From: Eledone cirrhosa
Taxonomy: Eukaryota
Assembly: GCA_964016885.1 (NCBI GenBank)
Contig: OZ024742.1
Location: 152,334,001 to 152,398,000, forward strand
DNA length: 64,000 nucleotides
Reading direction: 5' to 3'
The notes beneath the pieces were generated by a model that saw only the letters and a program-made list of their open reading frames with translations, searched no databases and had not been told where the DNA came from. Below, piece by piece: positions 36,978 to 51,490 of this stretch (positions within the stretch are counted from its first letter, which is position 1; every line of letters starts with the position of its first letter). Position numbers and translations under genes: made by a program.

Positions 36978-39900
36978 TTTATCCGTCTGTATCCTAAAAT
37001 CCCTCAGCAGCTTCACCTGATCGTTTTCCATCACCGACTCTGGCTTATGCTCATACCACTTCTCAGAATGTGGTAAATTGTTTACTTTGCATAGGTGCCA
37101 GTGGATAACCCTGCCCATCACATCATGTCTCCAGCCTTTATAGTGAGTCTGGGCTAGGTGTTTACACTCGGATACGATGTGAGCCACAGTCACCTCTCTC
37201 TCTCCACAAATCCTACACAATGGGTAGCCTCCTCCTCGTAAATATGGTGTTTCATCCACTTCGTTTTGAGAGCCTGCTCTTGCGCAGCCATTAGCATTCC
37301 TTCTGTAGATTTGTAAGGTCTCCTCTTTTCAACCAGTGCCATGTCTGCGGATCTCTGAATTCAGTTTTCTCAAAGAAGGTACTATGAAGGGATTTTTCAT
37401 GAAGGTTGCCCTTTCTCCTTGTTGTTATTTCCTCCTTGGACATCCCCTGGTCTATTGTCCTCTTCGTCAGTACAATTCTGAGCATTGGCTCCCTACTATC
37501 AGTCACATATTTGTGTAGGTTGTTTTTCTCCATCTGAACACAGTCCTCTATGCTGATAAGACCTCTTCCATAAGTAGAGTCTATCGACATGACTCCTCTT
37601 GTGGAGCATGTTGTAGATAGTCAATAGCTTCCTGGTCTTCCTATCCATTTCTTTTTGTTCAGCAACATTCCATCTCAGAATTCCCCCACTGTACCTAATA
37701 ATAGACACAGCTCGGGAATTTACTGCATTTATGGCATTCCTACTGTTCGGATGCGATTTTAATACGCTCCTTACTCTCCGAATGTATTCAGATCTTATCA
37801 ATTCCTTCATTTTTTTTGGTGTCATCATTTGGTGTCATCAGCCTCCAGAACACCCAAATACTTGTATCCTTCTTCAGTGTCAATTTCCTTTATTATCTCA
37901 CCTGTTGGTACCTGGATTCCGTTGCTTCTGCTCAATTTACACCTATTCATCACAAGGACTCCACACTTACTAATACCAAATTGCATATATATATCATTGC
38001 TGAAAATACGGACAGTGTCAACAAGCACATCCAACTCCTTCTCACTCTTCCCGAAGAGCTTAAGATCGTCCATGAAGAGGAGGTGATTGATGGTAAGGTC
38101 TCCCTTTTCCATCTTGTATCCTGCTCTCACTTTTCCCAGTATAATGGTCAGGGGCATCAGGGCAAGGACAAACAACAGAGGGGACAAACTATCTCCCTGG
38201 AAGATACCTCTCTTGATCTTCACCCCTCCCAAGGATTCTCCACCCGATGTTAACTCTGTTTCCCAAGACTTCATACTTTTGCTCAACAACTGTCTGATGT
38301 TATCTGCCACTTTGAAGATCTCTAGGCTTTTGGTTATCCAAGAATGAGGTACCATGTCGAATGCCTTTTTGTAGTCTATCCATCCCATGGCAACACCAGT
38401 GTGTCTCCTCTTGTAATTCCTCATATCCATCTTATCAATAAGTAACTGGTCCTTTGTACCACGGGACTTCTTTCGGCATCCTTTCTGTTCGTCCGGTAAC
38501 AAGTTGTTTGTGTGGAGGTGATGGTAGATTTCCTCAGACACAATGCTTGTTAACAGTTTCCACATTACGGACAGACATGTGATAGGTCTATAGTTGGTAA
38601 CATCATTACCCTTGATTCGGTCTTTCATTACCAGAACGGTGGTACCTTTTGTCAATTACTCTGCTACCTCACCTGACATCAAGCAGTCATTGAACATGTT
38701 TGTCAGTTTCGAGTGGAAGGATGTTATATTTTTAATCCAATACCCCTGCACACCATCTGGGCCTGGTGATCTCCAGTTGGTTAGTTTTCTGGCCTGCCCC
38801 TTAAGAGTTTCAACTGTGATACTCAAATCAGTTTGTTGGTGTGCCTGCTCACTAATCTCCTTTTGTACTGTCTCAATCCATACTGCCTGATCATTATGTT
38901 TAACATCCTGCTCCCATATTCCTCTCCAGAATGGCTTAGTTTGTTCCGCCTCAGGGATCAAGTCGTTGCTTCTTTCTTTCCCTTCAAGCTGTCCAAACAT
39001 CATCTGGTTGTTGTCAAACATGCGGTTCTCTCTATACTGACTGACGCTGCTCTCGTATCGCCTGATGTTTGCACTCTTTGCTACAATTCGTTGCCTCAGT
39101 TCCTCTATGATAATATTTAGCTTTTTCCTCCTAGTTTTGTACTTTATTTCAAGTCTATTTTTAGTGTCTATGTTTTATAGTGTCCCATTCAGTAGGGACT
39201 CTAGCTTGCAATGACATTTCTCATTTGCCTGATTTGACCATTCAGTCGTTTCTTCCACCAAGGTTCTGATCTTTCTTGTTTGTTGTTTCCTCTCGCTTTT
39301 ATGCCAAGTAATTTCCTCACCGCATTTGCTGCTGCTTTGAGGATATTGTTGCACTGGCGAAGGATCCTCGCCTCAAGGTATGGGATGACTTTGTTTACAT
39401 TAGCTGTTGTTTCTTTTAACTTTTTCCTGTCTACAAATCTTAGGTTCATAGGTCTCCCACTATCATTGTTCATTTCATCTACCACTAAGTTTAGGTTATC
39501 AACCAAATCTCGTCCTAGCCCGACAGCATTAATTTCCTCAATGGTCGTATCTTCCAGGTATTATTTATTTCAGCATTCAGATCATTGTCTGCTTCGGATG
39601 GTTCCTCCGTTCTCTCAACCTCTTTACCTTCCCACTGGCTCGTTTGCCTGGCATACTCCACTCTCCATTTACAACCTAATCTCTCTGTTCAGTTCCGCCA
39701 GTTCCAGCTCGCTTATCCACCCATTAGTTCTTATTACCCGAGCCTGCCCGGCCAAATTTTGTTCATCTAATTTAAATAGACCAATATCGTTCCACATGTT
39801 ATGCATCCGTTTCCTATAGCCTTTTCCCTTGGGGTTACTCTTCAGGTAACATTGCATAACAGTTCGATTCAATTCTTTCGTCCAGTTGGTTCTGGTCCCT

Positions 39901-40165
39901 TTCCTTCTTCATCTTCATCCAACACCAGCAGTATTTGGATGACAGCCAGGTCCCTGCTGCTGAGCCAGGGAGCACCTGCTTGGTGAGAGTCTGTTACATG
40001 ACATTCCAGTCTCCACTTCACCGTTATTCGAACTGTTTAGGTTCGACATTTAAGCACTCATATCGAGGATTGTATGGTTGCATAACTACCGCTAATTTCA
40101 TCACCCTCAGTGATTTGATCACCCCCGGTGATTTTAGCGTGGCACCATCACGCTGTAGATGCACA
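36978..40165 (-). mobile_element. R4/Dong-clade non-LTR retrotransposon, 5' region retained, truncated before the RLE catalytic PD motif, decayed
   Basis: Putative ATG 40004; N-terminal WTKELNRTVMQCY...GYRKRMHNMW; RT motifs [51 protein letters not shown]; CRIC...HIVSEC; ends at DFRIQTDK. Confidence 0.9.
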
Positions 40166-40319
40166 TAAATAAACAAACAAACAAATAGGTAAAAACCTAA
40201 AAAAATAAGCATAAGTTTCATTGTAATGTGATGTTTGAATGTCTGACTTAGTTTGTTTGTTTGTTTGTCTATATGTTTGTTTTTCTTTTCTTTTTTCTTT
40301 TCCTTACGTTTTTCGTTGC

Positions 40320-40381
<62 letters not shown>
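40320..40381. repeat. (TTA)n microsatellite, 5' flank of Tx1-like copy 2
   Basis: Direct reading. Confidence 0.95.
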
Positions 40382-40596
40382 GGCGACCTACGTAGTAAAT
40401 CGTATCATCGTGAGCTCCGCAAAGGTTTGTTATATTCAGTTGTTTAAAATTGCCATTTATGGAAAGTTTTTATTGTTAACTGTATATAAGTGCACATACA
40501 TTGATTTCTGAAAAGGACAGTAAAAAATATTGGGGCCTTGAGCCCAAAATTTAAACTTTTTATAATTATCAAACAAAATTTTTTCTTTGAAAAATT

Positions 40597-42006
40597 ATGG
40601 ATGTCTCAGAGTCACTCCTTCCTCACACTCTAACACCTCTCACCGACACCACCATTGTAAATATTGCTACGTTTGCCAACACTGGAAATGTAAGCAGTAC
40701 CAACATTTTAAATTTGTCTCAGGAAGATGTTCATTTCCCGCCATTACCAATGACTGCAGGTGTTAAAGCCACTACCACCACTACCACCACGACCCCCCCC
40801 CCCCCCCCACCACCACCACAGCGACAACAGAAAAAAAATTAACTCGTGATATCGAAATGAATTCAACCAAAATAAACTCTTCCACACCGAACACCACTGA
40901 TGCCACCACCACCACAAATGAAACTAAAATTAACAATAGCAAAAATAACGATAACAACAACAGCAACAATGAAATTAAGAAAACTACCCTGAGTTTTGCC
41001 AGAGCAGCAAAAACGTTCGAAGCGATCCAGGTAACTCAGGAGGAATTAGAAGAATCCAAAGGAATGGTAAAGAAAGATGGGTACAGGGTCAGCCTCATCC
41101 CCCCCTCCCACACCTAATAAAATGGAGCAACGTCGACTATGCAATATGTCTTATCGGACAATTAACATAAAATCGCGCCGAGTGGAACGGGCATCCGAGT
41201 CCCAAATCCAAAAAGCTTTGGGACATGTGTGGACAAAAAAACCCCACATCAGACGTGGGCAGAAGTATGGAACCGTGGACGTGTTCTTTGAAACACCACA
41301 GGAGGACAGAGAACACTCCATGGCCCCATTAAGAAGTGACACTTCACACTCGTCCCAAGCTATTGTGGCCAGAGACTTGTGAAGATCAGGGTGACCCACG
41401 TTCCACCGGCCATCGAAATTCCCTGGCTAATGGAATTAAAAAGAAAAAAAAAGAAACCAAAAAAGAAAAAAAATTCTCATCCTTCCTCCTCCAAAAACAA
41501 ACTACAGAGGGAAACAAATAAATTATCAAACAAAAAAGTTAGGACAGATATGCCACTATCCACACCAGCATCACCAACCCCATCACCACAAACACCAACA
41601 CCATCACCATCATTAACCCCAACACCACATGACTAACACCACAAAAGTCACCAAAAAGCGTAAAGAAACAAACCCACAACAAACGCAATCAAAACAAAAC
41701 AACCAAAACGATACACACTACACAGCATTAAATTTGAACAACCAATTATTACACTACATGCAACACAACACCAGCATCACAGAAACAGACTACACAACAA
41801 CCCAAAAGTTCACACGACCTCCACACATACAAATCACTCGCATCACACAGAAAAAGTACACGACACTAAAACAAAAATTCCCCAAAGCCATCGGAGACTT
41901 CCGACAAACACTCCCCAGCAGAATTTATAAGGACATCCTTCCGGAGGAGGCCACAAGCAGTGACAAGGATGGAGAAACCATCCTTCCTCTACGAGAAGTA
42001 AGGTAA
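40597..42006 (+). pseudogene. LINE ORF1, zinc-knuckle region apparently deleted near 41430
   Basis: Asn/Thr-rich N-terminus; KKTTLSFARAAK matches copy 1 KEKISFAQTVQK; KIRVTHVPPAIEIPWL matches KIKNLNIAPNVNVWWI; no CCHC follows. Confidence 0.7.
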
Positions 42007-42040
42007 GTGGTCTTTCCCATCTTTCCCACTCCATTTCAAC

Positions 42041-45000
42041 ATGACCTCACTCAGAATAGGCAGCATAAATGCGTGTGGCTTGGGGTCGTCATGGAAGCAG
42101 GGCTACCTGCTCAACGACTTCAGGTCACTAAACATAGATGTAGTGGCATCAGCGAGACCAGAATCTCCGAAGCACGAGCCTTCGCACCGATCTTCGGCGG
42201 CTACGATGTGTACGCATTTCTCAGCCGTCCTGGATGGGGGGGGGGGTGCTGTGCTTTTTCGGAGAGGTTTGGATCTCGCCATACGGGCCATCTTCCTGGA
42301 CCCAGAAGGTAAGTTGGTGGTGCTAGACGTGACCAGCGGAGACGGGCAAGCTTTCAGGCTAGTGGCCGTCTATGCCCCGACAGGAGCAGGGCGGCCTGAT
42401 TTCGTCCGGCGTCTGGAGACCTTTCTTGGAACGTACCGCTCTTTAGTGTTAGTGGGCGACTGAAACGGGATCTTAGATGCACGCTGGGACTGTGTGGGAT
42501 TAGCGGATAGGGGAGGAGGGTGCAAGAGCCTCACCAACCTGCTCAGGCGTTTCGAACTGTCTGACAGGTACCGATTGGATTTCCCGAATGTGCCCGTGTG
42601 GACTTGGACAAATCGCATAGGGTCATCCAGATCATATCTAGATAGAGTATTTTGTAGAGAAATAGATAGATCTAGCATAGGCTGTCCACAATTCAAGATA
42701 GTCAGCTACACGGACCTCAAATTCGTGATCTGTGTACTTGATAGTCTTCATAGACGAGGACCCGGGTACTGGAAGCTAAACGCGTCCTTACCAGCGCGCA
42801 AGGCCTACAGAGACCGGATTAGCGAACTAGTTAAGAGGGCGTTGACGGGGGCCATCGTCAACAACAAGTGGTGGTTTGCTCTGAAAAGAGCAATTAGAAT
42901 AGAGTCCATTAGGTTTAGTAAAGCTTTAGCAATAGAGAAAAATAGAGCAGAGGGAGAATTAGTTAAAAAATTAGACGAGGCGCTTAGCAAAGGCATTGCG
43001 ACCGACGTGCTTGCGGCGAAACTGGCCCTTGACCAATTCTTCAATGCAAAACACGAAGGCTGCGTTTTCAGAGCTAGGGTGCGTGCTCTAAGACACGAGG
43101 GGACGAAAGCCGTTCAATGGGCCCGAGTTGCGGAGGCGCATCGTGGCAGCAAAGCCGCGATCCGTCTTTGGTGGACCACGACGGGCGCACGCTACTCGAT
43201 CCCGGCAAATGTGTGAAGCTTTTCAGCGACACTTCGCTCAGTTGTTCGGGGGCAGCGGCGGGCCGGATCGAGGGATGGAATTTAGTGTCTACCTCGACGG
43301 ACTGCCGCGGCTCTCGGCCACTGAGGCGGAGTGTTGCGAAAAGCCGATAACAGCCGCTGAAGTACGGAAGGCAATGACTAGCTGCACAAGGGGTAAATCG
43401 CCTGGTTTGGATGGTCTGTCCTATGAACTTTACGTACAGATGCCAGACTTGTTCGGAGGCCTCTTGGCGGACGTCTACTCCAACTGGCAACAGAACGGGA
43501 GAATTCCCAGCTCTGTGAGCCGAGGAGCTGTGGCGCTGCTGAGAAAGGATCCGAACAAGGGGATAACATAGATAATTTTAGGCCCATAACTCTGCTAAAC
43601 ACAGATTTCAAGATTTTGATCAAGGTGCTAGCAAAGAGGTTGGCGCTTGTCGTTGGTGGTCTGGTGGGAGAGGCGCAGACATGCGCCATTCCCGACAGAT
43701 CCATCCACAACAACCTCCACCTCATGCGATACATCGTATAGAGGGTAGCTAGGGAACCTAGCACGGGTGGGTCCTTGATGAATTTAGATCAGTCGAAAGC
43801 TTTCGATAGGGTTGACCATCGTTACCTAGCTGCAATCTTGAGGGCGGCTGGCTTTGGGCCCGTCTTCAGAGGCTGGATCGCTGCCATGCACAGCGACATC
43901 TGCTCTGTGGTGACAGTGAACGGTCACCTTTCGGAACCGTTCAACATCATGCGCTCGGTCCGCCAAGGATGTCCCCTCTCGTCCCTCTTGTACGTATTGA
44001 CTCTCGAGCCATTACTGCACAAACTGGAGACGTTGAGTGGGGTCCCGCGCGAAATAGGATGCGGAAGATCCGTGTCAGCATATGCGGACGATGTCACCGT
44101 AGTGGTGTCGAACGCCAAACACATCGAGTCGATCGGCACTACACTAAGAGAATACGAAGCGGTGACAGGAGCAATGATCAACCAGGAAAAGTCAGTGGGG
44201 GTATGCAGCTCGGCACCTGGAGAGGCAGGTCCATGCCATCCAACAGCGTCGTCGGGCGCTGGACGGACGGACCAGTTAAATTGCTCGGGGTCTGGTTCGG
44301 TCCGGATCTCATGAGGGATAAAAACTGGGACGAGGTGACGAGCGGGTGGCTTCTCTCACCCAGAAATGGGCCGAGAGGAACCTATCCCTGAAAGGTCGAG
44401 CGGAAGTGGCTAACGCGTATATCGCGTCCGTCATCTACTACCGCATGACCGTCGTGCCTTTTCGTAAGCCCCGCCTGACTGCGCTGGAGCGTTTGCTCTT
44501 TCGCTTTTTGTGGAAGGGACGCGCTCCGATGGTCAGGCGGTCCATCTGCTGTCAACACCCGCTACGTGGAAGGCTGGGCATGCCGTGGTTAATGATGCGC
44601 AGACACGCGCTCAGACTACGACATCTCCACCTCTTCCTCGACGGTGATCAGGTGTGGTCTCCGTTTGCTAGACACGCCTTTCCCCAGCCCGTCTCCTTGA
44701 CGGATCTGCAGTCCTGGGTCAAGCGAAGACCGAGAGGGAGCGCTTGGAGACTGGAATGTCTTCAGGCGCTCACAGCCTTCGACCAATCGGGCAATGTGAT
44801 CGGTGGAAACTCCACCTTGGCGTTATATAGAGGATTAGTGGAGGAGAAGAGCAACGACGTACTTGGGGAAACTCTAGGCGTCGATGAAAATCAACTAGCT
44901 AATCTCTTCGGAAGAACTTTCGGGCCGGGGCCTATGGACAACTTCCAGAAATCCCTGGCCTGGCAGTGCTACCGAGGAGCTTTGCCAGTTCGGGATAAAC

Positions 45001-45447
45001 TCTACAGGCATGGAGGTGCCGTCAGCCGGGCATGTCCGAGATGCGTGCAGGGCGACGAAACCGTCCTGCACGCACTCGTCCAGTGTCCGAGCATTGCTGA
45101 CTTGTGGGTTTATGTCGAACACCTGCTGTCGCGTGTAGGGCGGATCCAGCTATCAGCTGAGTCCATCGTGAGGATTGCCCCGCCCTCTTCCTTTAGCCGG
45201 GAAGGGCAGGCAGTTTTTATCTGTCTGGTTGCCATGGCGAAAGAGATAGTATGGTGGACACGTTTGAAAGGGCTGAGGACGAGCACTTACCTCTTCGGTG
45301 ATGCCCTGATTAACTTTTTCAAATTTCATTAGAAAAGGAAAATCAGGGTAGAAAGGGAAGTGCTCTCTTCCCAGCATATTGTTGAAAGATGGGTGAGAGG
45401 CAAGAATGGCCCGAGGGAATGGGCCTACTCTGAGTATGTGTCTGTAA
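42041..45447 (+). pseudogene. LINE ORF2: APE endonuclease, RT, CCHC
   Basis: SINACGL, VYAP, SYLDRV, GYWKLN, KSPGLDGL, NFRPITLLN, LDQSKAFDRVDH, VRQGCPLS, AYADD, CPRC...HALVQC; several frameshifts. Confidence 0.93.
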
Positions 45448-45693
45448 ATTAAAGGTGGAAAACTGGGAGAGGGCACTTGCCTTGGTGGTCAGGGTCACTG
45501 TGGCTTTTTAATGGGCTTTCTCCACCAATGTCCCTCGGAAGTCTCCCCCTATTGGGGAATTTTTTCATTGTTCTATTATTACATCCTCTGTTTCTTTTTT
45601 TTACACGCAGAAATGCCCATTTGTACCGTCCTGTATTGTCCTGTACTGTCCTTAATGTCTACTGTATGTAAACCCTTGTGGTTAATAAAGAAA

Positions 45694-45728
<35 letters not shown>

Positions 45729-45732
45729 ATTA

Positions 45733-46151
45733 GGTTAGTGGATTGTCAGTATCGGTAGAACGACGGACATACTTTGCAGCATAGAGCTATGTCCCTTTAA
45801 ACTTTGAGTTCAAATCCTGCCGAGGTTATCTTTGCATTTCATCATGATGGTGTCGATAAAATAAAGTACCAATCACGCACTGAGGTCGATTTAATCGTCT
45901 TTCCCCTCCCCCAACATTTCTGGCCTTGTGCCTAAAGTAGAAACAATTATTATTATTAAAGGAAATGGCGGTGGATTGGCAATATCGGTAGAGGGTCGGA
46001 CGCTATGCTTTGACGCATAGAATTACGGCCCTTGCCATTATGAGTTCAAATCCCGTCGAGGATAACTTTGCCTTTCAAACTTACGGGGTCGATAAAATAA
46101 AGTAATGCACTGGGTAATTGCCTTGTGCCAACAGTAGAAACAATTATTATT
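45733..46151 (+). mobile_element. Two tandem family-A SINEs (45733-45957, 45967-46151); the second is full length with a TSD
   Basis: A/B boxes and core in both; AAAGGAAATGG duplicated at 45958-45968 and 46152-46162. Confidence 0.85.
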
Positions 46152-46459
46152 AAAGGAAATGGAAACGACTAATAATCATGCAGACCTTGCAGTCGCTATA
46201 AGTACCGATCATAATATAGTAACAGCTGTCGTGCCAATTGTTATTGGGGCGCTAGGCACGGTCCCTAAATGTCTTACCTCTTTCATCAAAAGCCTTGGGA
46301 TACCCGACTACATAAGTAGTGGACACATTTCTACCATCACCAGCACTACCAGAATCCTACGTGATATATTGAACATCAGAGATCAGGGACTGATCTGAGG
46401 CCAATTATCACATAACACCTAGCAACTGAATGGTAGAGAAACCTTAGAAACAAGAAGAA

Positions 46460-46462
<3 letters not shown>
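46152..46462 (+). mobile_element. Extreme 3' end of an R4/RLE-type LINE
   Basis: ADLAVAI...VVPIVIGALGTVPK...RILRDIL, typical RLE C-terminus. Confidence 0.75.
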
Positions 46463-46526
<64 letters not shown>

Positions 46527-46529
<3 letters not shown>

Positions 46530-47342
46530 GTATAGAAATCGTATCTTCAAAGAAATACGGTTTTAGGAAGCCGTAGCTATGCAAACACCGGGGGGCTAAC
46601 GCCCTCTGATGATGTCCAGCTGAAGCAAGGGGCACAATCGTCTATACATTTCAGGCTTAACTGGCCTTCGTCGGGATGATCCCTCCCACTGCTCTGCGAC
46701 TGCTGGACTAGAAGACAGTCGATAATATATAGTTTTCTCGTCTGTGTAAATGAGGTAATTAACCTCATTTGATATGAAGCTGCATAACTTGGCTCAACTT
46801 ATAATAGAAATGAAATAGGATTTCGCTTCAAGCATAGCTTTATACACTATGTATAGACATTTCGAATCTCCAAAGAAATACGGGTTTTGGAAGCCGTAGC
46901 TATGCAAAACCGGGGGGGGGGGGAAGGGGCTAACGCCCTTTGGTGATGTCCAGCAGAAGCAAGGGGGTACAACCGTCTATGCATTTCAGGCTTAACTGTC
47001 CTTCGTCAGGACGATCCCTCCCACCGCTTGCGCAGCTTCATATGCAAATGATATTAATCACCTTATTTACACAGACGAGAAAACTATATATTCTCAGCTG
47101 TCTTCTTGTCCAACAGTCGCAAGCGGTGGGAGGCATCGTCCTGACGATGGCCAGTTAAGCCTGAAATGCATAGACGGTTGTCCCCCTTGCTTCTGCTGGA
47201 CACCACCAGAGGGCGTTAGCCCTTCCACCCCCACCCCCTGGTGTTTGCATAGCTACGGCTTCAAAAACCCGTATTTCTTTGGAGATACGAAATTTCTATA
47301 CATATTCTATAAAGCTATGCTTGAAGCGAAATCTTATTTCTG

Positions 47343-47345
<3 letters not shown>
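46527..47345. mobile_element. Non-coding (TA)n-anchored element: about 1.6 direct copies of a ~321-bp unit plus one inverted copy
   Basis: TATGTATAGA at 46527 and 46848; 47032-47345 is the reverse complement of the unit; hammerhead-like relic inside. Confidence 0.75.
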
Positions 47346-48625
<1,280 letters not shown>

Positions 48626-49483
48626 TTTGGTTCGCGGAAACGTTTCCTGGCAAAGAACGGGAAAAAAACGAGTATAATACGTCATTAATAGGAGCGGTGA
48701 AAAACAATTTCACGCAAAGACAGAATCACGTTTATGGTATAAAAGAAGTCGTAGACTAATATTCTCTTAGGTGGTTCATAGAGACGTTCTCTGGCAATGA
48801 ACGGAAAAAACGAAGATAATATGTCGTATGTGGAGCGTGGAGATCAATTGCACGCACAGATAAAACCACGCAAATGGTAAAACTGAAGTCGTAGACTAAA
48901 ATTCTAACTAGGAAACCGAATGATTCTCCGCTTCAGAGTTAAGAATAAAGTAAATATAATACAATACAGAGGTAATTGAAATTAAATAAATACATACACG
49001 CATCCAAATACGTACATACACAAGCATACGCGAAAACACTCGCCATAGGTATACAAAACCACGCACATATAAATATGTGTCTGTGTGTGTGTGCGTGTAT
49101 ACACATAAATAAGTAATTAAATAAACTTATATAAATAAATAAATACGTATATAACAAGCGCACACACATACCTACATGTAAATACACAAATGTTCGGAGA
49201 CGTGCGTCAACCAAAACATGAAGTACACATATACACACACCCAACATACGTACGAAGCCGCATACTCACACAGACACAAAACTCCTGTAAACACATAACC
49301 AAAAGCATATGTACCAGAATATATAAAAATATACGCCATAACATATACAATCATATATACGTACCTTCACAAAACATACAGGTAATATACACTTACTTAT
49401 GCAAATAAGTAATGGTATAAACATAACATATACTTAGCTACCACATAAGACGTAAACTATCCACGTATAGATCGTACTATCCG

Positions 49484-49556
<73 letters not shown>

Positions 49557-49609
49557 TATATATACATATATATATATATTTACACACACATATATACATA
49601 TATACATAC

Positions 49610-49640
<31 letters not shown>

Positions 49641-50299
49641 TGGGGAGGGAGAGACAGAAAGCGGGTGTGATTAAATGCTGATTAATGCGTATTTAGTATA
49701 GGTAATCGAGTTTGTTTGTCAGTCCATGTGTAGAATGATGTGCGATTAGCAATAACGATGAAGTAATGCATTGAAAATTCAAAATATATAAAACAAATGC
49801 TAATAGGTTGTATTGGGGTATATGTTTTCATGTATCCTCGAGTAGTCTTATATTAGATTCGCCAATACATAACCGGTAAGAACTCTGACGAGAAATATAC
49901 AGTAATATGACAGGATAAGGTAACGGTGTATAGTAAATAGTATAATGCCTCTTATTAATAAATGTATAATGGTATAAATGTTACATATGTATAAATATTA
50001 AATGAATATTTCTGTAGACCTAACAGAAATATTTATACAGATTGATGAAGTTGTAAATCTTTGGGATCAAGCTATGTGTAGATAACTACATTGCACTGTG
50101 TGATTCAAAATATATGAAGAAACCTCTTACACTGGTCCTCATAACCCTAAGCAATCAGTCATGTTCAGGAAAGGACTTATGAAGAAAGACTGCGACCCAC
50201 TCAAAATGGGGAGGACCCTAGAAAGTGCGGGAAAAACATCGGAGGTTACTTCAAACATGGCTGGATAACAGGACCATAAATACGTTCGAAATGACAAAT

Positions 50300-51490
50300 T
50301 TCCCAAACGCCCTACTTCAGTCGAAATTTGGAATATGATAACATTGCTCGATCTAATGGAAAATTACAACCGATCTAGTAAATTAAGTTCTGGATAAACT
50401 GAACATTTACGTTATTGGTTTGAGTGAGAAACTACTTTCAGGTGAAGGAAAAATTGGAAAAACTTGTTCAGGTTACACCATCCTTTAGAAAGGCAAGGAA
50501 GTAGGTGAGCTTCGTCTTATTGAAGTTGGTCTCTCTGTGAAGGCTCTGAAGGACTATCAACTCAACGTAACCGTCATCAATGAGAGACATGACTCTTCAT
50601 GTCCCACCCTCTGGATACAGCTTTACCATTTATATCTCCTGCCTGAGCACTTACTTCCGCTACTGATGAAGCAGCTGCATCTCATTCTCTCTAAAGTAAC
50701 ACCCTAAGTAAAGTTCATCTCTCCCTGAGGGAGAACGTTATATAAAACAAGGTATCGAAATTGCCATGCAAACAGTCAGTTGCTACCAGAACTCTGCGCA
50801 GTGCATAGACTCTTCATTACAAACACTGTTCCGGCTCCAAAGTTGCTTTTAAATTACATGGATGCACTAACGGTCTAAGCGATGGTATGTTGTTGACTAC
50901 AACTCTAAGACAACAAAAAAGGTTGATGACTTTTGGAAGACCACAGATTCCTCATCAGCTGACTACTGAGTTCTCTTCCTTGTATACCACCAAGCAACCC
51001 ACATAAATGTCATCAAAGAAAAAGGATGAACTCATCGAAACCTAAAGACCAGAAGAAGGAATCCAATAATACATGAAGACATGCTAGTAAACAACCACGC
51101 CATCCACAAAGGGACAAATGAAGAGTGGAGAAAAATCCGAAACATCATAGAAATGGCTGGGAAGATCATTGACGTCAAGAAAAGAAACAACAAGAACTTG
51201 TTCGATGAAAACAACTAAAAAACGCTCGAAACAGATCAATGCTAAAAGCGATGCCAGCTTATCCCTTGGACAAACACAATGTCAAATATGAAAAATAACT
51301 CTCTCAAGACCTCAAGCGGATCAGAAGGATTCAAAACAACTAGTGGATACGAACGGCTACAGAACGTCAACAATATGCAGACATGTGAAACCTTAGAAAT
51401 GTCTATGCGCGAACCAACAGATATTCTAGAACGGTCGATAACACCAACAAAGGACCCCAAATCCCTTGAGGGAACTCTCCAGCATTCACT
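50300..51490 (+). mobile_element. Heavily decayed RTE/BovB-like LINE (APE region)
   Basis: Remnants IWNMITLLD, IGLSE, LFDENN; no intact ORF. Confidence 0.45.

Larger units (their letters stand above)
40382..45695 (+). mobile_element. Near full-length Tx1/L1-clade LINE, copy 2 (related family, decayed)
   Basis: ORF1 plus ORF2 homologous to copy 1, AATAAA at 45684-45689, (TTA)n on both sides. Confidence 0.9.

Noticed and set aside
45967-46151. tRNA genes at A/B-box motifs
   Set aside because: No cloverleaf; the boxes lead into the SINE core and (ATT)n tail with a TSD
36978-46462. Idea that the R4 3' end at 46152-46462 is the missing end of the 36978-40165 element, displaced by an inversion
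   Set aside because: The linking PD..D segment is absent, the flanking SINEs are in direct orientation, and no breakpoint homology supports it
49885-50680. CTGACGAGAAA (49885) and CTGATGAAGCAGCTGC (50663) as hammerheads
   Set aside because: The first has no stem II; the second lacks GAAA and lies in decayed LINE coding sequence
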